NCBI RefSeq assembly: GCF_004010195.1
Contig: NC_057718.1
Span: forward strand, 81,988,711-82,052,710
DNA: 64,000 nt
Direction: 5' to 3'
Origin: Chiloscyllium plagiosum
Lineage: Eukaryota
Each line of letters starts with the position of its first letter. Position 1 is the first letter of the stretch. Below the pieces are notes generated by a model. It saw nothing but the letters and a program-made list of their open reading frames with translations. It did not search any database and was not told the origin of the DNA. This document shows positions 27,601 through 42,600 of this stretch, piece after piece. The position numbers were made by a program, and so were the translations under genes.

Positions 27601-30600
27601 AGGCTGAGGGGTGACCTTACAGAGGTCTATAAAATGATGAGGGGCATGGATAGACTGAATAGACAAGTACTTTTACCTGGGCTGAGGCAGCCCAGAACTA
27701 AAGGTTTAAGATGAGAGGGGAAAAGATTTAAAAGGGACCTAAAGAGCAACGTTTTCATGCAGAGGATGGTGCATGAATGGAATGAAATGCCAGAGGAAGT
27801 GGCAGAGGCTGGTACAATTACAACAGTTAAAATGCATCTGAATGGATATATGAATAGGAAGGGTTTAAGAGGGATATGGGCCAAATACTGGCAAGTAGGA
27901 TTAGATTTATTTAGGATATCGGGTCAGCATGGATGAGTTGGACCAAAGGGTCTGTTTCCATGCTGCACAGCTTTATGACTCTATGTGTATGACATCAGTG
28001 CTAAAAAGAGCAAGATGGAAGTGTGTAAATGAAGGAGTAGCAATTAATCAGAACCATACAGCACAGAAACAGATCTTTTGGTCCAACTTGTCTATGTTGA
28101 CCAAGTTTCCTAAACTAATCTAGTCCCATTTGCCTGTGTTTGGGCCATATCCCTTTATGTATTTGACCAAATGTCTTTTAAATGTTGTACCTGTACTGCA
28201 GTTACCACTTCCTCTCGCAGTTCATCCCTTATACAAACCACCCACTGTAAGAAAATGTTGCCTCTCAGATTTAAAAGGATCTGGACCAGATGGGCCAATG
28301 GGCTGAGAAGTGGCAGATGGAGTTTAATTCGGATAAATGCGAGGTGCTGTATTTTGGGAAAGCAAATTTTAGCAGGACTTATACACTTAATGGTAAGGTC
28401 CTAGGGAGTGGTGCTGAACAAAGAGATCTTGGAGTGCAGGTTCATAGCTCCTTGAAAGTGGAGTCGCACGTTGATAGGATAGTGAGGAGGGAGTTTGGTA
28501 TGCTTTCCTTTATTGGTCAGAGTATTGAGTACAGGAGTTGGGAGGTCATGTTGCGGCTGTACAGGACATTGGTTAGGCCACTGTTGGAATATTGCGTGCA
28601 TTTCTGGTCTCCTTCCTATCGGAAAGATGTTGTGAAACTTGAAAGGGTTCAGAAAAGATTTACAAGGATGTTGCCAGGGTTGGAGGATCTGACCTACAGG
28701 GAGGGGCTGAGCAGGCTGGGGCTGTTTTCCCTGAAGCGTCGGAGGTTGAGAGGTGACCTTAGGAGGTTTACAAAATTATGAGGGGCATGGATAGGATAAA
28801 TAGACAAAGTCTTTTCCCTGGGGTCGGTGAGTCCAGAACTAGAGGCCATAGGTTTAGGGTGAGAGGGGAAAAATATAAAAAAAAGAGACCTATGGGGCAA
28901 CTTTTTCATGCAGAGGGTGGTACGTATATGGAATGAGCTGCCAGAGGGTGTGGTGGAAGTTGGTACAATTGCAACATTTAAGAGGCATTTGGATGGGTAT
29001 ATGAATAGGAAGGGTTTGGAGGGATATGGGCCGGGTGCTGGCAGGTGGGACTAGATTGGGTTGGGATATCTCATCGACATGGACGAGTTGGTCCGAAGGG
29101 TCTGTTTCCATGCTGTAAATCTCTATGACTCTATGTTACGTCACCAATATCCTGTACAATTTCAACATGATGTCCCAATTCCTATAGGAGGTAGTGAGGA
29201 CTGCAGATGCTGGAGAGTTAAAGTGTGGTGCTGGGAAAAGTACAGTAATGTTTCAGGCATGCCCCTTCATCAGGACTGGGGAGGGGAAAGGGGGAAGGGG
29301 GGAGAAAGAATGAAAGAAAATAAATAAAACCAAACAATATTCTTTCCCACTTATTCACTCCACCCTTCCCAGTGATCTATCACAACCACCTAGCTTCGCC
29401 CACCTATTGCCATCCCACTTAGCTTTCCCCTAGCCCCATTGCCCTCCCGCTACTTATTTCTCAGCCCCCTCCCCCATCCCCAGTCCTGATGAAGGGTTAT
29501 GCCAAAAACATCGACTCTCTTGCTCCTCAGATGCTGCTTGACCTGCAATACTTTTTCCAGCACCACACTTTATCATCCCAACTCCCATACTCAATGATCT
29601 GAGCAATAAAGGCAAGCATGCTAAATTCTTTCTTAGCCACCTTGTCTATCTGTGACACAATTTTCAATGAACTATGTACCTGCACCCTTAGATCTCTCTG
29701 TTTGACAACACTCCCCAGTGGAGTCATGCTTACCTGTTTTGATGGTTCTAGATGATGCTAAAAATTCTATGATGCTATTTTACAGATGGGCAAAACGATG
29801 TATCCTATCTTGAAGCTTCCACTAGAAAAGAACTTGAACATTTCTCCCCCAGACCTCTGTAAGATCGAAACGCTTTCTCCTCCATTTCACAATTCTGGAA
29901 TCCATTTCATAAGATCATTCAAATTAGGAAGAGTAGGCGATTCAGCCCCTCAAGCCTGCTTCAACATTCAATAAAATGATGAATGAACGGTTTGGAGCTT
30001 CAATTTTACTTCCTTGCCCGTCCCTAGTGACCTCCGCGTCAATCAAAAATGTAGTACAGGCTTGAAATATATCCAACGACTTAGCCTCTGCTACTTTCTT
30101 TCGAAAAGAATTCCAGAGAAGTAATTCCTCCTCATCTCCACCTTAAGTGGGCCACCCCTTTTTTTTCGTTGGCCCATGTTCACAACTACTCAGTCTCTGT
30201 GAGGAGTAGTTGCCTTAAATTTACATTTCACTGGTTTTACCACTGTCTCCTTTTCCATTAGTTTAACTTAAAGTAATGTCTGAATTTTACCACCCATGAA
30301 TGCCCTCTGCTAGTTCATATATATAATCTCGAAGCAGGAAAACACACACTGTTTTGTCCAAAATGTGGCATTTTAGCATCTCTTAACAAGAGCAAGTCAC
30401 TCCTCAAGTGTCTTTCTGCCAAGTGCCTCTGAAGTCTATATATTGCACTTATCTCACCATTCAATTCATTTGGATTCTGCCCTTTGAAATCTAAAAATTG
30501 AAAGAACTGCGGATGTTGGAAATCAGAAACAAAAACAGAAAACTTGATGCCATGTTTGTAAAAGTATGATAATGAGAGAGTGGTAAGGCTGAGAACAGCA

Positions 30601-33600
30601 AGAGGTTTTGAAATCTTTAGAATTAAGAGCTGAAAATGCAAGAGATCATGTCACAACTCCTGGTGTGAATGCAACTGGAAAGGTGGGAATCAGATGGAGG
30701 GTGAAGAATGATGCAGAATAAAAAGAATTGTTGAAAGAAGCCTTACTCAAAGTCGTACTGGTGAAGCAAAGGAAAGCGCAAAAAAGGCCAGTGATGAGAG
30801 AAAAACCAGAGTTAACAATAAAGTCACACAGATCACCTTGGTGAAACATAACATGCATTCCCAGAGAGGATACCAGAGAAAGTGCTGCAAGAACCTTTCT
30901 GATTGAAGAAGCCAAGTTCAGTTGTTTTGACAGTTTTGGGCTTTGTGGAGAAAAAAATGTTTGGCACAACATTGGAATAGAACTTCCTGTAATTGGGTCA
31001 GAGCCTGCAGTGACTGCCAGGAGGTTAAAGGGAACATTAGGGGACGCATAAGAACAGGAGTAGGCCATTCAGCCCCTCACATTGGTCTGTATTTCAATTA
31101 GTTCATAGTCAATTTGAATCTTAACACAAATTACCCTTCTTTATCATTAAAATATTCTAGATTATAAAAATTTTACTTTGGAGCCACCATGCTCCAAAGT
31201 CTACTCTGCTGACAAATGAAAAGTGAGATGGAGGAGGACAAAGGAATGTGTCCAAAAAGCAATATACTGGAGAAACAAAATCTTCAAAATGTGGAGATTG
31301 CATTTAATTCTGCTATTCCTCAGATTCTTCTGCCATCTACCACTGTAGTTACTATCCACTTTTCAAATAGGGTCAGCCATTGGTCCCAACCACCATTCCC
31401 AGTAATCCAGTCCAGCCCTTAATAAATCCCAAGGTAAAGAAATGATTCCGGACATGAGTCCTAATTTGACAATACTTCAGAACCTTGTACCGGCAATGTT
31501 TGTCAAAAGAAAATGCAACAAACTAAGTCAAGGTCTAGTCTTTTACTGCCAATTACCCCAACACACCTGTACATAGCTGGAAGTGGAGCTAAAGGTAGAA
31601 AAGTGAAGTCAAACGTAGACATCAGCCAAGATCTAACTGAATGACAGAATACACTCTCCTTGTTTCTGTGTACTTTCCACAATCCAATAATCCAAAATGA
31701 TACAAAGTTAATATTCACATAGTTACGCAAAATATTAAAAGAGGTCACTCACCTTGCAGTCTGAGTATCCTTTATGCGATATAGGAGACCTGAAGTACCC
31801 CTTAACAGATCCAATTGGCCCTGAAATAATTCAACAATGTTACTTACTGAATGAAATGAAATGAAACAGGAAAGAAAAAAGTGCTCAAAGATGTATTCAG
31901 CAACATTACTGCAGTTAAATTTTTTAAAAGGGTGGCACGATGGCTCAGTGGTTAGCACTGCTGCCTCACAGCGCCAGGGATCCAGGTTTGATTCCAGCCT
32001 TGGGCGACTGTCCGTGTGAATTTTGCACAATTCTCCCGGTGTCTGCGTGGGTTTCCTCTGGGTGCTCCGGTTTCCTCACAGAGTCCAAAGATACGCAGGT
32101 CAGGTGAATTGGCCATGCTAAATTGCCCATAGTGTTAGGTGCATTAGTCAGAGGGAAATGGGTCTGGGTGGGTTACCCTTCGGAGGGTCGGTGTGGACTT
32201 GTTGGGCTGAAGGGCCTGTTTCCACACTGTAGGGAATCTAATCTAATCTAATTAAATAACTTTGCTGATTTGTTGCACTCTTCAAGCCACTCACGTAAGG
32301 AGATTAAATTACATAGTTTTAAACAATAGGGGAAAAAAAACCCACTGGTAACGAAAACAGACTTAAGCACCAATACAACGCGCACAAAACGAACAGAAAA
32401 GTGGTATAAACCTCAAGTTATCTAGCTAAGCCTGCCGTCACAGCACCTTCAAATGACTTCAAAGTCACGACTTTAACATTTAGTAAATGGAACGGCAAAC
32501 AGAGAAGCTGAAATTACATCAAAAGACATGTACAAGAGTACAGATGATGACACAACACCACCACTTACAAATCCTCCATGTAACCACAAACCATCTTGAT
32601 ATGGAAATATGTGTCAATGTTCCTTCGCTATCACTAGGTCAAAATAGTGGAACTCCCATCCTAACAGCACTGTAGGTATACCAACACCAGATAAACTGCA
32701 GTGGTTCAAGATGACAGTACACTTTTTTTTAAAAAGCTTTTAAGGAATGGGTAACAAATGTTGGCATTTCTAGAAACATTCAAATCCCCATGACAAAATA
32801 AAATTACAGGTTAATCACACCCTGTATCCATTCAACACACATTATACATGCAAATAACAATCCTTCAAACCCTGGAAGTTACATTCCAAAATTCAAGCAG
32901 TTGGAGGAAATGCCCAGAAATTAATGCTTCATTAATAAAAGGTTAAAAACCTAAAACACAAACAAGACATTACTGCAAAACTAAACTGAAAACAAAAAAT
33001 GCTGAAAATCACAGCAAGTCAAGCAGCACTCGAGCGTTTCAAGTCAAAATGACTCTTTATCAGAGCTGACGTGAGCCACAAACCCAACGGCAAGAACAAA
33101 TTCTCAATACAATATGGGTCCAAGTCACACCCGACACTGAAGCCCACAATATAACTGACTCTCTCGTGCAATAATAAGGAAACAGACTTACAGCAAACAC
33201 CAAATTGTCATCTTTCAAACAAGATGTTAAATGTTATTCTGTCTATATATGGATAACAAATAGCAGAAAATTCAACTCAGAGTCTGGCCAACACTTATCC
33301 GTTGATAAACAACTACAAGTTCGTAGGTATCATCACATTGCTGTTTCTGGGACTTATTCACTCATTGGATGTGGGAGTCTCTGGCTGGGCAAACATTTAT
33401 TGGCTGTCCGTAGTTGCCTTTATGGAAGTGGAGGTGAGCTGACCTCTCGAACATCTGCAGTCCATGTGTTGTAGGTAGACCCTTAATGCCATTAAGGAGA
33501 GAATTCTAGAATAAGGAACTGCAAGGGAACATGTAGGTGGTGGTGTTTCCTTGTCTTTTTAGGTAGAATTGGTCATGTGCTCAGAAGGTGCAGTCCAAAA

Positions 33601-36600
33601 GTCCTTGGCAAATTTCTGCAGTGCATCTTATAGATAGTACAAATAACTGCTACGGAATGTCAGCAGTGGAGTGACTGAATGCTTGTGGGTGTGGTGCCAA
33701 AGCAGGTGGTTTTGTCCCAAATGGCATCAAGCATTTTTGTTGTTGGAGTTGCACTTATCCAGACAAGTGCAAGTATTCCATCAAGCTCTTGATGTCTTGG
33801 AGATGGTGGACAGGTTTTGCACAACTGTAGTCTGAGCCACTAACCTAGTCCTGTAGTTCAGTGTTTCTGGTCTCTGGTAAGCCCCAGGATGTTGAAAGTG
33901 GAGTGAAACAGAGATTGTGACACCATTCAACATAAACATGTCGTGATTAGACTAACTTTTAATGGAGATCATAATTACCTGGCACTGGCACAAGTGTTAC
34001 TTACAACTTTTCAACCCAAGCCTAGAGATATTGACTAGATCTTGTTACGTTGGACTGCTTCAGTATCTGAGGAGTCGTGAATTGTGCTGAACATTGGCAA
34101 ACATCCCCAATTCTGGCCTTATGAAGGGAAGGTCACTGATGAAGCAGCTGAAGATGGTTGGGTTAGGACACAACCCCGGGGAACTTCTGCACAAATGTCC
34201 TGGGGCTGAGAGGACAGACTTCCTGATGTTCCAACTCTGATCTCCAGCATCTGCAGACTTCACTTTCTCCATCTTCCTATGTGCTAGGTATGACTCCAAC
34301 CAGCTGAGAGCTTTTCCCCAAATTCCCAGTGTCTCCAGCTTTGCCAGGATTCTTTTGAGACCACAAGCGTGATCTTCAGATCAATAGCTGTCACTCTAAC
34401 TTCACTTTTGGAACTGAGTTCTTTTGATCATGTTTGAACCAAGCTGTAATGCAGTGGCCCTAATGGCAGTGGCCCTAATGGAATCCAAATTGAGTGTCAA
34501 TGAGTAAGTTATTCCTGAGCAAGTGTTGGTCTTTCATCATTTCACTGAAAATGGCAAGACAACTGGTGAGGTTGTAATTGGTGAAGTTGGATTTGTCTTG
34601 TTTTTTGTGTACACAACACAACCTGCTGCAATTTTCTAAATTGTTAGGTACATGCCAGTGTGGTAGTTGTACTTGAATAGCTTTGCTGGGGTGCAGCAAC
34701 TCTGGAGCACAAATCTTTGGTATTATTGCTGGAACCCTATCAAGGCTCATAAGCCTTTGAAGTATCTAGTGTCTCCAACCATTTCTTGATTTCACATGGA
34801 ATGAATCAAATCGGCTGAAGACTGGCAACTGTACTGCTGGGAAACAGAGGAGGATCATCCACTTGGCACTTCTGAATGAAGACTACTATGAATGCTGATC
34901 TTCTACACTGATGTGTTAGGCTCCTCCATCATTGAGGCTGGTGATACTTATGGAACTACCTCCTTCAGTGAGTTGTTAATTGCCCACCACTATTCATGAC
35001 TGGATGTGGCATAACTGCGGAGCTTAGATCTCATCTGTTGGTTTTGAGATCGATTAGCTCTAATTGCTTATGTTGTTTGGCATGCAAGTAATCCTGTTGT
35101 GACTCATAACCAGGTTTTGCCTGGTGCTGCTCCTGGCACGCCCTTCTCTGCTTTCCACTGAATCTGGATTGATCCCATTGCTTGATGGTAATGATGGAAT
35201 AAGGGATATGCCTAGCCTTGAGGTTGCAGATTGTGTTTGAATAAGATTCTGTTTTTGATGGTCCACAGTGCTTTATGGTTGCCCAGTCTCGAGATGCTAG
35301 ATCAGTCAATTTCAGTTCAGACCATGGAGCCACACAGTGCAAGGGACTCTCAATGTGAAAGCAGGACTTCTATCTCCACATGAACTGTGTGATATCTCGT
35401 TACTGATATTATAACAGACAGATGTATCTACAGCAGGCAGACTTGTGAGGAAATGGTTACATATGACTTTTTCCCTAACCACCTGCTGCTAGATTGGGTC
35501 TGCAATAATGACTTTTAGGGTGTGACTGGTTTGGTAGTGCTGCTGCTGAGCCACTCTTGGTGGTGGACATTGAAGTCTCCCACCCAGAGTACATTCGGCA
35601 TCCTTGCCACCCTCAATGATTCCTTGAAGTGTTGTTCAAATGGAGGAGCACAGTCATCAGCTTAGGGAATCAGCAGTAGGTTTTCATGACTATGTTTGGC
35701 TTGATGCAATGAGATTTTCCAATGTCCAGAGTAAATATTGAAAACTCAAAGGGCAACTCCCTCCTGACTGTGCCGTCACCTCTCCCAGGCCTGTCCAGTT
35801 GGTAGGAGAGGACATATCCAGGGATGGTGATGGTGATGTCTGAGACATTCTGTAAAGAATGCTTCTGTGAGTATGACTATGTCAGACTGTTGCTTGAATA
35901 GTGTGAGAGACAGCTTTCCCAATTTTGGCACTAGCCCCAGTTGTTAGTAAGGGGGACTTTGCAGGGTCAACAGGGCTGTTTTGCAGTTGTCCTATGTTGA
36001 TGCCAGGTATCCAGGTTTCATTTTTAGTGATTGATACAACTGAGTGGCTAGTTCAGAGTCAACCACATTATTGAGAGTCTGGAATCACATGTATGCCAGA
36101 CCAGGTAAAGATGAAAGATTTCCTTCCCTGAATGACATTAGTGAACCAGATGGGTTTTACTCCTTCCCCAATTATTAGTGGTTCGTTAATGTTAGAATCT
36201 TATTGCCACCATCTGCCATGGAAGGATCGGTACCCAGAACATTACTCAAGTTTCCAGATTAGTGAAAAGCAAAAGAGCTGTGGATGCTGTAAATCAGAAA
36301 TAGAACCTGCTGGAAAAGCTCAGCAGGTCTGGCAGGGAAACCATGATCCAACAATTTGTGTTTCTGTTTGCATATTAATGGTCTAGTGATAATACCACTC
36401 GGCCATTGCCTTGTTGTGTACAAATGTTTGTTAATTTCCCACACTACAGTAGCTACAACACAAAAATCTCATTGAATATTCCAAAATGCTTTAGAGTCAG
36501 AGGTTAGCATATGAACAATATGAATACAATAGATTTGTTATGAATATTTAATAGCCTACTATTGCGAGAAGTCTGTTGATAGCCATTGCCCTCTTCTGTG

Positions 36601-39600
36601 GCTCCACATGTGGCATGTCATTCTGAATAACTTGGTCTGTGATTCCTTGTGGGAACTGCTGGCAGAGTTCTATAATCCTAGAAGCAAAAAGGAAATTATA
36701 ATAAGTCAATGTGACAACTACAGTATATGGTCTAATTTAACTGCTCCGACACAGTAAAATGCAAGTATGCTCCTTACAAGATATTCAGAAGTGTATCACC
36801 TCAGTACTGCACTTACCAGTGAAAAACTACAGTACGTATGCTATACTCATGATGGAACAGAGAACATATAGTTTATATCACGAGGTAATAGCATTGAGGA
36901 GTCAATACACAGTGTAAAAAAAATACAATCATTTGAAAGGTCAACTCTGAATAACTTACTTCTATGAAAAGTATTTGATCTTCTTAATTATTTTATGTTG
37001 CTAAAGTTGTTCCCATACTTCAGTTTCTGTTCCATCACAACTGGTGTCAATGCAAACCAATGCAAACTTACCTCCTGAATATGTACCTGATAACAAAAAA
37101 AAAATCTTTACTGAGTCACAGGAGAATAGGAGCAGGATTAAACCGTTCAGCCCCTTGAGCCTGCTCCAGATTCTAGATCATAGGAAGTGGAGAAGATTTG
37201 TTGCACAGGTTGAGGTTCTGGACATAAATTTGCTTGCTGAGCCGGAAGGTTCGTTTTTCAGACATTTTGTCACCATACTAGTAACAGCATCAGTGAGCCT
37301 CCGGTGAAGCGCTGGTGTTATGTCATGTCATGCATTCTATTTATATATTTAGGTTTCTTTGGGCTGGTGATGTCATATCATGTGATGTCATTTCCTGTTC
37401 TTTTTCTAAGAGGGTGGTAGATGGGATCCAAATCGATGCGTTTGTTGATAGACTTCTGGTCGGAATGCCAAAGAACCAAAGACACATACATCAAACACCA
37501 CCAACTTCATCAGCAAGAACAACATTGTCAAGCTAGTGGACCTATGCCTTATCACCCACTTCACCTTTAATAACAAAACCTACAGACAAATCGAATGCAA
37601 TCTCCAATATCAGGGTTCTTAGCCAAGACAGTAATGCAGAGACTGGAACAAACAGCTCTGCCAACCATCCAACCCTAACCTTTGTCATCACTAAATGAAA
37701 CGAATTACAGGAAACCTTCAAGACCATCAAATAATATACTTACTGGTATAAAATTCACAAAAGAGGAAAACAACAAGCTGCCATTCCTAGATGTCACAAT
37801 AGAGCGAACAGTCAATGGGGAACTTTGAACCAGCGTCTACAGAAAAACAGCACATACAGACCAAATATTGAACTACAGAAACAATCATCCCAACACCCAC
37901 AAAACGAAGCTACATTAGAACATTATTTCAATGAGCCACCACACACTACAGCACAGAGTAACTAAGCAGAGCAGAGGAAAACCACCTATACAGTGTATTC
38001 AAAAAGAACTGTACCCAATGAACACAGTCTGCCGATTTCTCAGCAACAAACACCAACAAGCAGACAAAACATGCCCAGAAAATCTAGCCACTCTCCTACA
38101 AAAGACATCTCGGAAATCACTACCAGACTACTCAGACCTCTTTGCATCATGGTAGCTCACAGATCTGCCAATACACATTAAACAGCAGCTAATGAACTTA
38201 AAAGACCCTATAGGGACAACAAGCAAAATGAACGTCATTTACAAAATACTGTGCAAGAACTGTAACAAACACTACATTGGACAAACCGGCAAAAAACTAG
38301 CCACCAGGATACATGAACATCAACTAGCCACAAAAAGACATGACCCACTATCACTAGTATCCTGACATACAGATGTGACTTGACTTGGACAACACATCCA
38401 TCCTCGGACAAGCCAAACGGAGACGTGCATGAGAATTCCTACAAGCATGACGTATCAACAAACATATCGATTTAGATCCCATCTACCACCCTCTTCGAAA
38501 AAGAGCAAAAAGTTACATCAACACCAGATAGGACATCACCACAGGATATGACATTGCCAACCCAAGGAAACCTAAACACAAATATAAAGTGGGACATAAC
38601 ACCAGTGCTTCACTGGACATTCACTGATGATGTTAGCTAGTGTGGTGAAGAAACGTCTGAAAAACCAGCCTCCCCACTCAGCGAGCAAACTTACATCCAG
38701 GTTTTAGATAATGGCTGATCATCGACCTCAATGTCATTTTCCCACATTCACTTTTTATTCCTTAATAGAATTAGCAAGTAGAGATCTACTGATCTTGGTC
38801 TTAAACATACTCCATGACTGAGCTGCTACAGTCTTGAGATGTAAAGAATTTGAAATGTTCATTACCCTCTAAGTAAAGATTCATTACTCATCCCATTCTA
38901 AAATAGCCAGTATTTTATTCATTCAAAGAATGGGTTCTTCATTCTAGACAATCCCCTAAAATCACTGTTCTTGCACTCACCCTATCTACTGCTCAAATGT
39001 TTAATAATTTTTAATGGGATTTGTTTTAATGGCTTTTGTTCTAATTTCTAGAAAATACAGGCACACGGTCTCCTCAACCGCTCCTCAGGGCCATCCAGAA
39101 CCATAAGATCATAAGACATAGGAGAAGTTATGCCATTCAGCCCATCAAGTCTGCTCCGCTATTCAATCATGGCTGATAAATTTCTCATCCCATTCTCTTG
39201 CCTTCTCCCTGTAACCCTTGAACAATCAAAAACCCGGGTTAAATGTACTTAATGACCTTGCCTTCACAGCCTTCTTTGACAGTGAATTACAGATTTACAA
39301 CTTTCTAGCTGAAGTCTTTTCTCCTTACCTCAGTCCTAAAAAGGTCTTCCCTTTACTCTAAGACTGCACTCTCAGATCCTAGTCTCTCCTATCAATGGAA
39401 ACATCTTCCCAAAATCCACTCCGTCCAAGCCATTCAATATTCTGCAAGTTTCAATTAGATCCCACTCACCCTTCTAAATTTAGTATAGATCCAGACTCCT
39501 TAAACAGTCCTGATATGTTAAGCTTTTTATTCCTGGGACCATTCTCGTGAACCTCCTCTGAACAGGCTCCACAGCTGTATAGAGGAATTCGATTATTTGA

Positions 39601-42600
39601 AGTTGCTGGGTGGGCAGTTTTTCATTTGGATAATTAATTTGACCTTAAACAAAAGGAAGCCATACTGCACATAACTGCATTAAAAAGCACGTTTACAGAA
39701 TTTTTATTTCATTTAATCACTAAAATTTGTACAAACACTGGATATCGCTGAAACATTCATGACATTTTACAAATCAAATCACTTTGTGTACCTGTACAAT
39801 AAATAAAATTCATTGGAGGTGGAGGTCGGTTTTATCTTCGAAGAAAAATTTCCAGCCGCTGTTGCTGGAGTTGCTGCTGTCTCTTCTTTTTTCGCGAACA
39901 TTTGGCAAAGATGCATCAACTTAACGGCATCGACTTAGTCTTGTGTTTTGTACCACTCCACTGTCAATAGGTTCGTTAACGGGAATGGGAGGTGGTGTCG
40001 GTATCAAATTTTCCTTCCCAACCACGGCATCTGTACTTTCCCGCTGTGCTTCCGTGACTATGTTGACTATCTGATCATCACCAAGTGTCTCTGTTCTGAT
40101 GTCATTGTCACAGTTCACCCAAGCATCAATGTCAGCCTCTACAAGGTCTCCTAATCCCAGCTGTCTGCAGTTTTCGGTGATGTCAGTGGTTAGCCTTTGG
40201 TCTGGATAGGTGCCCACTTCACTGTCACAGCTACCAACACGCAAGCCATTGGACCAACATTCCGCAAGTGTCGATGGCTTGATGCAGCAATCATGAACAA
40301 AGCGCCCTTGACTATGAATGCCTTCATAATTTCCTACACTCATTTCTCTTCATGGTCTTCACAGGACAGCACACAATGTGTTAAGGTAATAATATTTTTT
40401 CATTATTGTGATGATTCCCCAATTGAGCGGCTACAACTTTGAAGTGGTGTTGAGTGGAAAAAACAAACAAAGTCATAGAGGGAATGAAGACACCACTGAT
40501 TTTGTCATGCATTTTAAATCCTTCCGCATGTCATTTTTCTGTGTTAAAATTATTTCAACATTGTGACAATTGACTAAGATTGTTGCACCAGTGTCATTAA
40601 CACCTCTTTGCTGTAACGTTTGCACATCTTCTTCAGTGCAAGTAGCCATCATTTACCCTGTACTGTAAACAAAAGATGCAATCATTGCACCATTGTTGGT
40701 AACACCTCTATGTTGTAACCGTTTCACGGGATCTTCAGATCCTGTTTGGATAATTCGATTTTCAGATAATTGATGTTCGGATAATCGGTGTTCCTCTGTA
40801 CATCCTTCCTGAGATATGGAGCCAAAACCTGCGCACAGTACTCCAAATGTGGTCTGACTACAGCCTTACATAGCCTCAGAAGTGCATCCCTGCTTTTATA
40901 TTCAATGTCTCTTAAAAATAAACACCATTATTGCATTTGCCTTCCTAACTAATGACTGAACCTGCAAGTTTACCTTGAGAGAATCCTGGACTCCCAAGTC
41001 TCTTTGCACATTTAGAAAATACCCTATGCCTCTATTCTTCCTCCCAAAGTGCATGACCTCACACTTTCCCACGTAGTACTCCATCAGCCACTTCTTTGCC
41101 CACTCTCCTAACCTGTCAAAATCCGTCTTCAGCCTGCCTGCCTCCTCAATGCTACCTGTCCCCCTACCTATCTTTGTATCATCTGCAACTTAGCTCAAAA
41201 GCCCTCAGTTCCTTCATCCAGATCATTAATGAAAAACGTGAAAAGTTGTGGTCCCAACACAGAGCCTTGCGGAACTCCACCTGTCACCAGCTGCCATCGT
41301 AAAAAGGATCCTTTTATCCCCACTGTGCGCTTCCTGCCAGAGAACCAAGCTTCTATCCATGATAGTACTTTGCCCTTATCTTACTCAGTAGCCTCCTGTG
41401 TGGCACTTTGTCAAAGACCTTCTTGAAGTTCAGGTAGATAACCTCCACTGGTTCTCCATGGTCTAACCTGCTCATTACTACCTCAAAGAATTCTAGCAGA
41501 TTTGTCAGGCATGACCTCCTCTTGATGAAACCATGCTGACTTTGCCCTATTTTACCATATGCTTCCAAGTTTTCAGAAATCTCATTCTTCATAATGGATT
41601 CCAGGATCGTACCCACAATCATGGTTAGGCTAATTGGTCTGAATTTTTCCATCTTTTGCCTTACTCCCTTTTAAAACAGAGGAGTCATGTTTACGATTCT
41701 TCAGTCCTCTTGGATCTTCCCCGATTCTAGTGATTCCTGAAAGATAGCCTCCACTATCTCTTCAGCTATTTCCCTTAGAAATCTGGGGTGTAGTCCATCT
41801 GGTCCAGATGATTTATCCAGCTTCAGGCCATTCAGTTTTTCTATCACCTTCTCCTTGGTGATTGCCACTATACTCACCTCTGCCCCCTCACTCTCCTGAA
41901 TTGTTGGGATATTACTCATGTCATCCACTGTGAAAATTGACAGGAAGTAATTATTCAGTTCCTCAACCACTTCCTTGTTTCCCAATACTATCTCTCCAGT
42001 ATCATTTTCTAGCGGCCCAATGTCCACTTTTGCCCTTTATTTCTCTAAAGAAACTCTTACAGTCTTCCTTTATATTACTGGCTAGCTTCCCCTCATATTT
42101 AATCTTCTCCCTCCTTTTTAATTGTTGCCCTCTGTTGGTCTTTGTAAGTTTCCCAGTCCTCTGGTTTCCTTCACCACATTATATGCTTTCTCTTTTCCTT
42201 TAATGCAATCCCTGACTTCCCTAGTCAGCCATGGTTACCTAATTCTCCCTGTACCATGCTTCTTTTTCCTCAGGATAAGTCTCTCCTGTGTCTCCTGAAT
42301 TAATCCCAGAAACTCCTGCCATTGCTGGTCCACTGTCTTTCCTGTCCGGCTCCTCCCAGTCAATTCTATCTAGCTCCACCCTCATGCTTCTATAATTGCC
42401 TTTTTTCAGCTGTAATACCATTACTTCTGATTCTATCTTCTCCATCTTGAATTGCAGAGTAAATTCAAACATATTTACAATCACTGCCTCCCAAGGGTTC
42501 CTTCATCTTAACCTCCCTTATCAAGTCTGCCTCATTGCACAACACTAAATCCGATATTGCCTGTTCCCTAGTGGGCTCCACCACAAGCTGCTCCAAAAGG

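Noticed and set aside
28290-28781. Intact 163-aa ORF as a possible domesticated gene
   Set aside because: Ordinary 5'-truncated young CR1 ORF2 end with a frameshift near 28760.
34451-34480. Small tandem duplications (gcagtggccctaatg x2; also ~48130 and ~6990-7075)
   Set aside because: Local slippage inside decayed repeats; not CRISPR-like or functional arrays.
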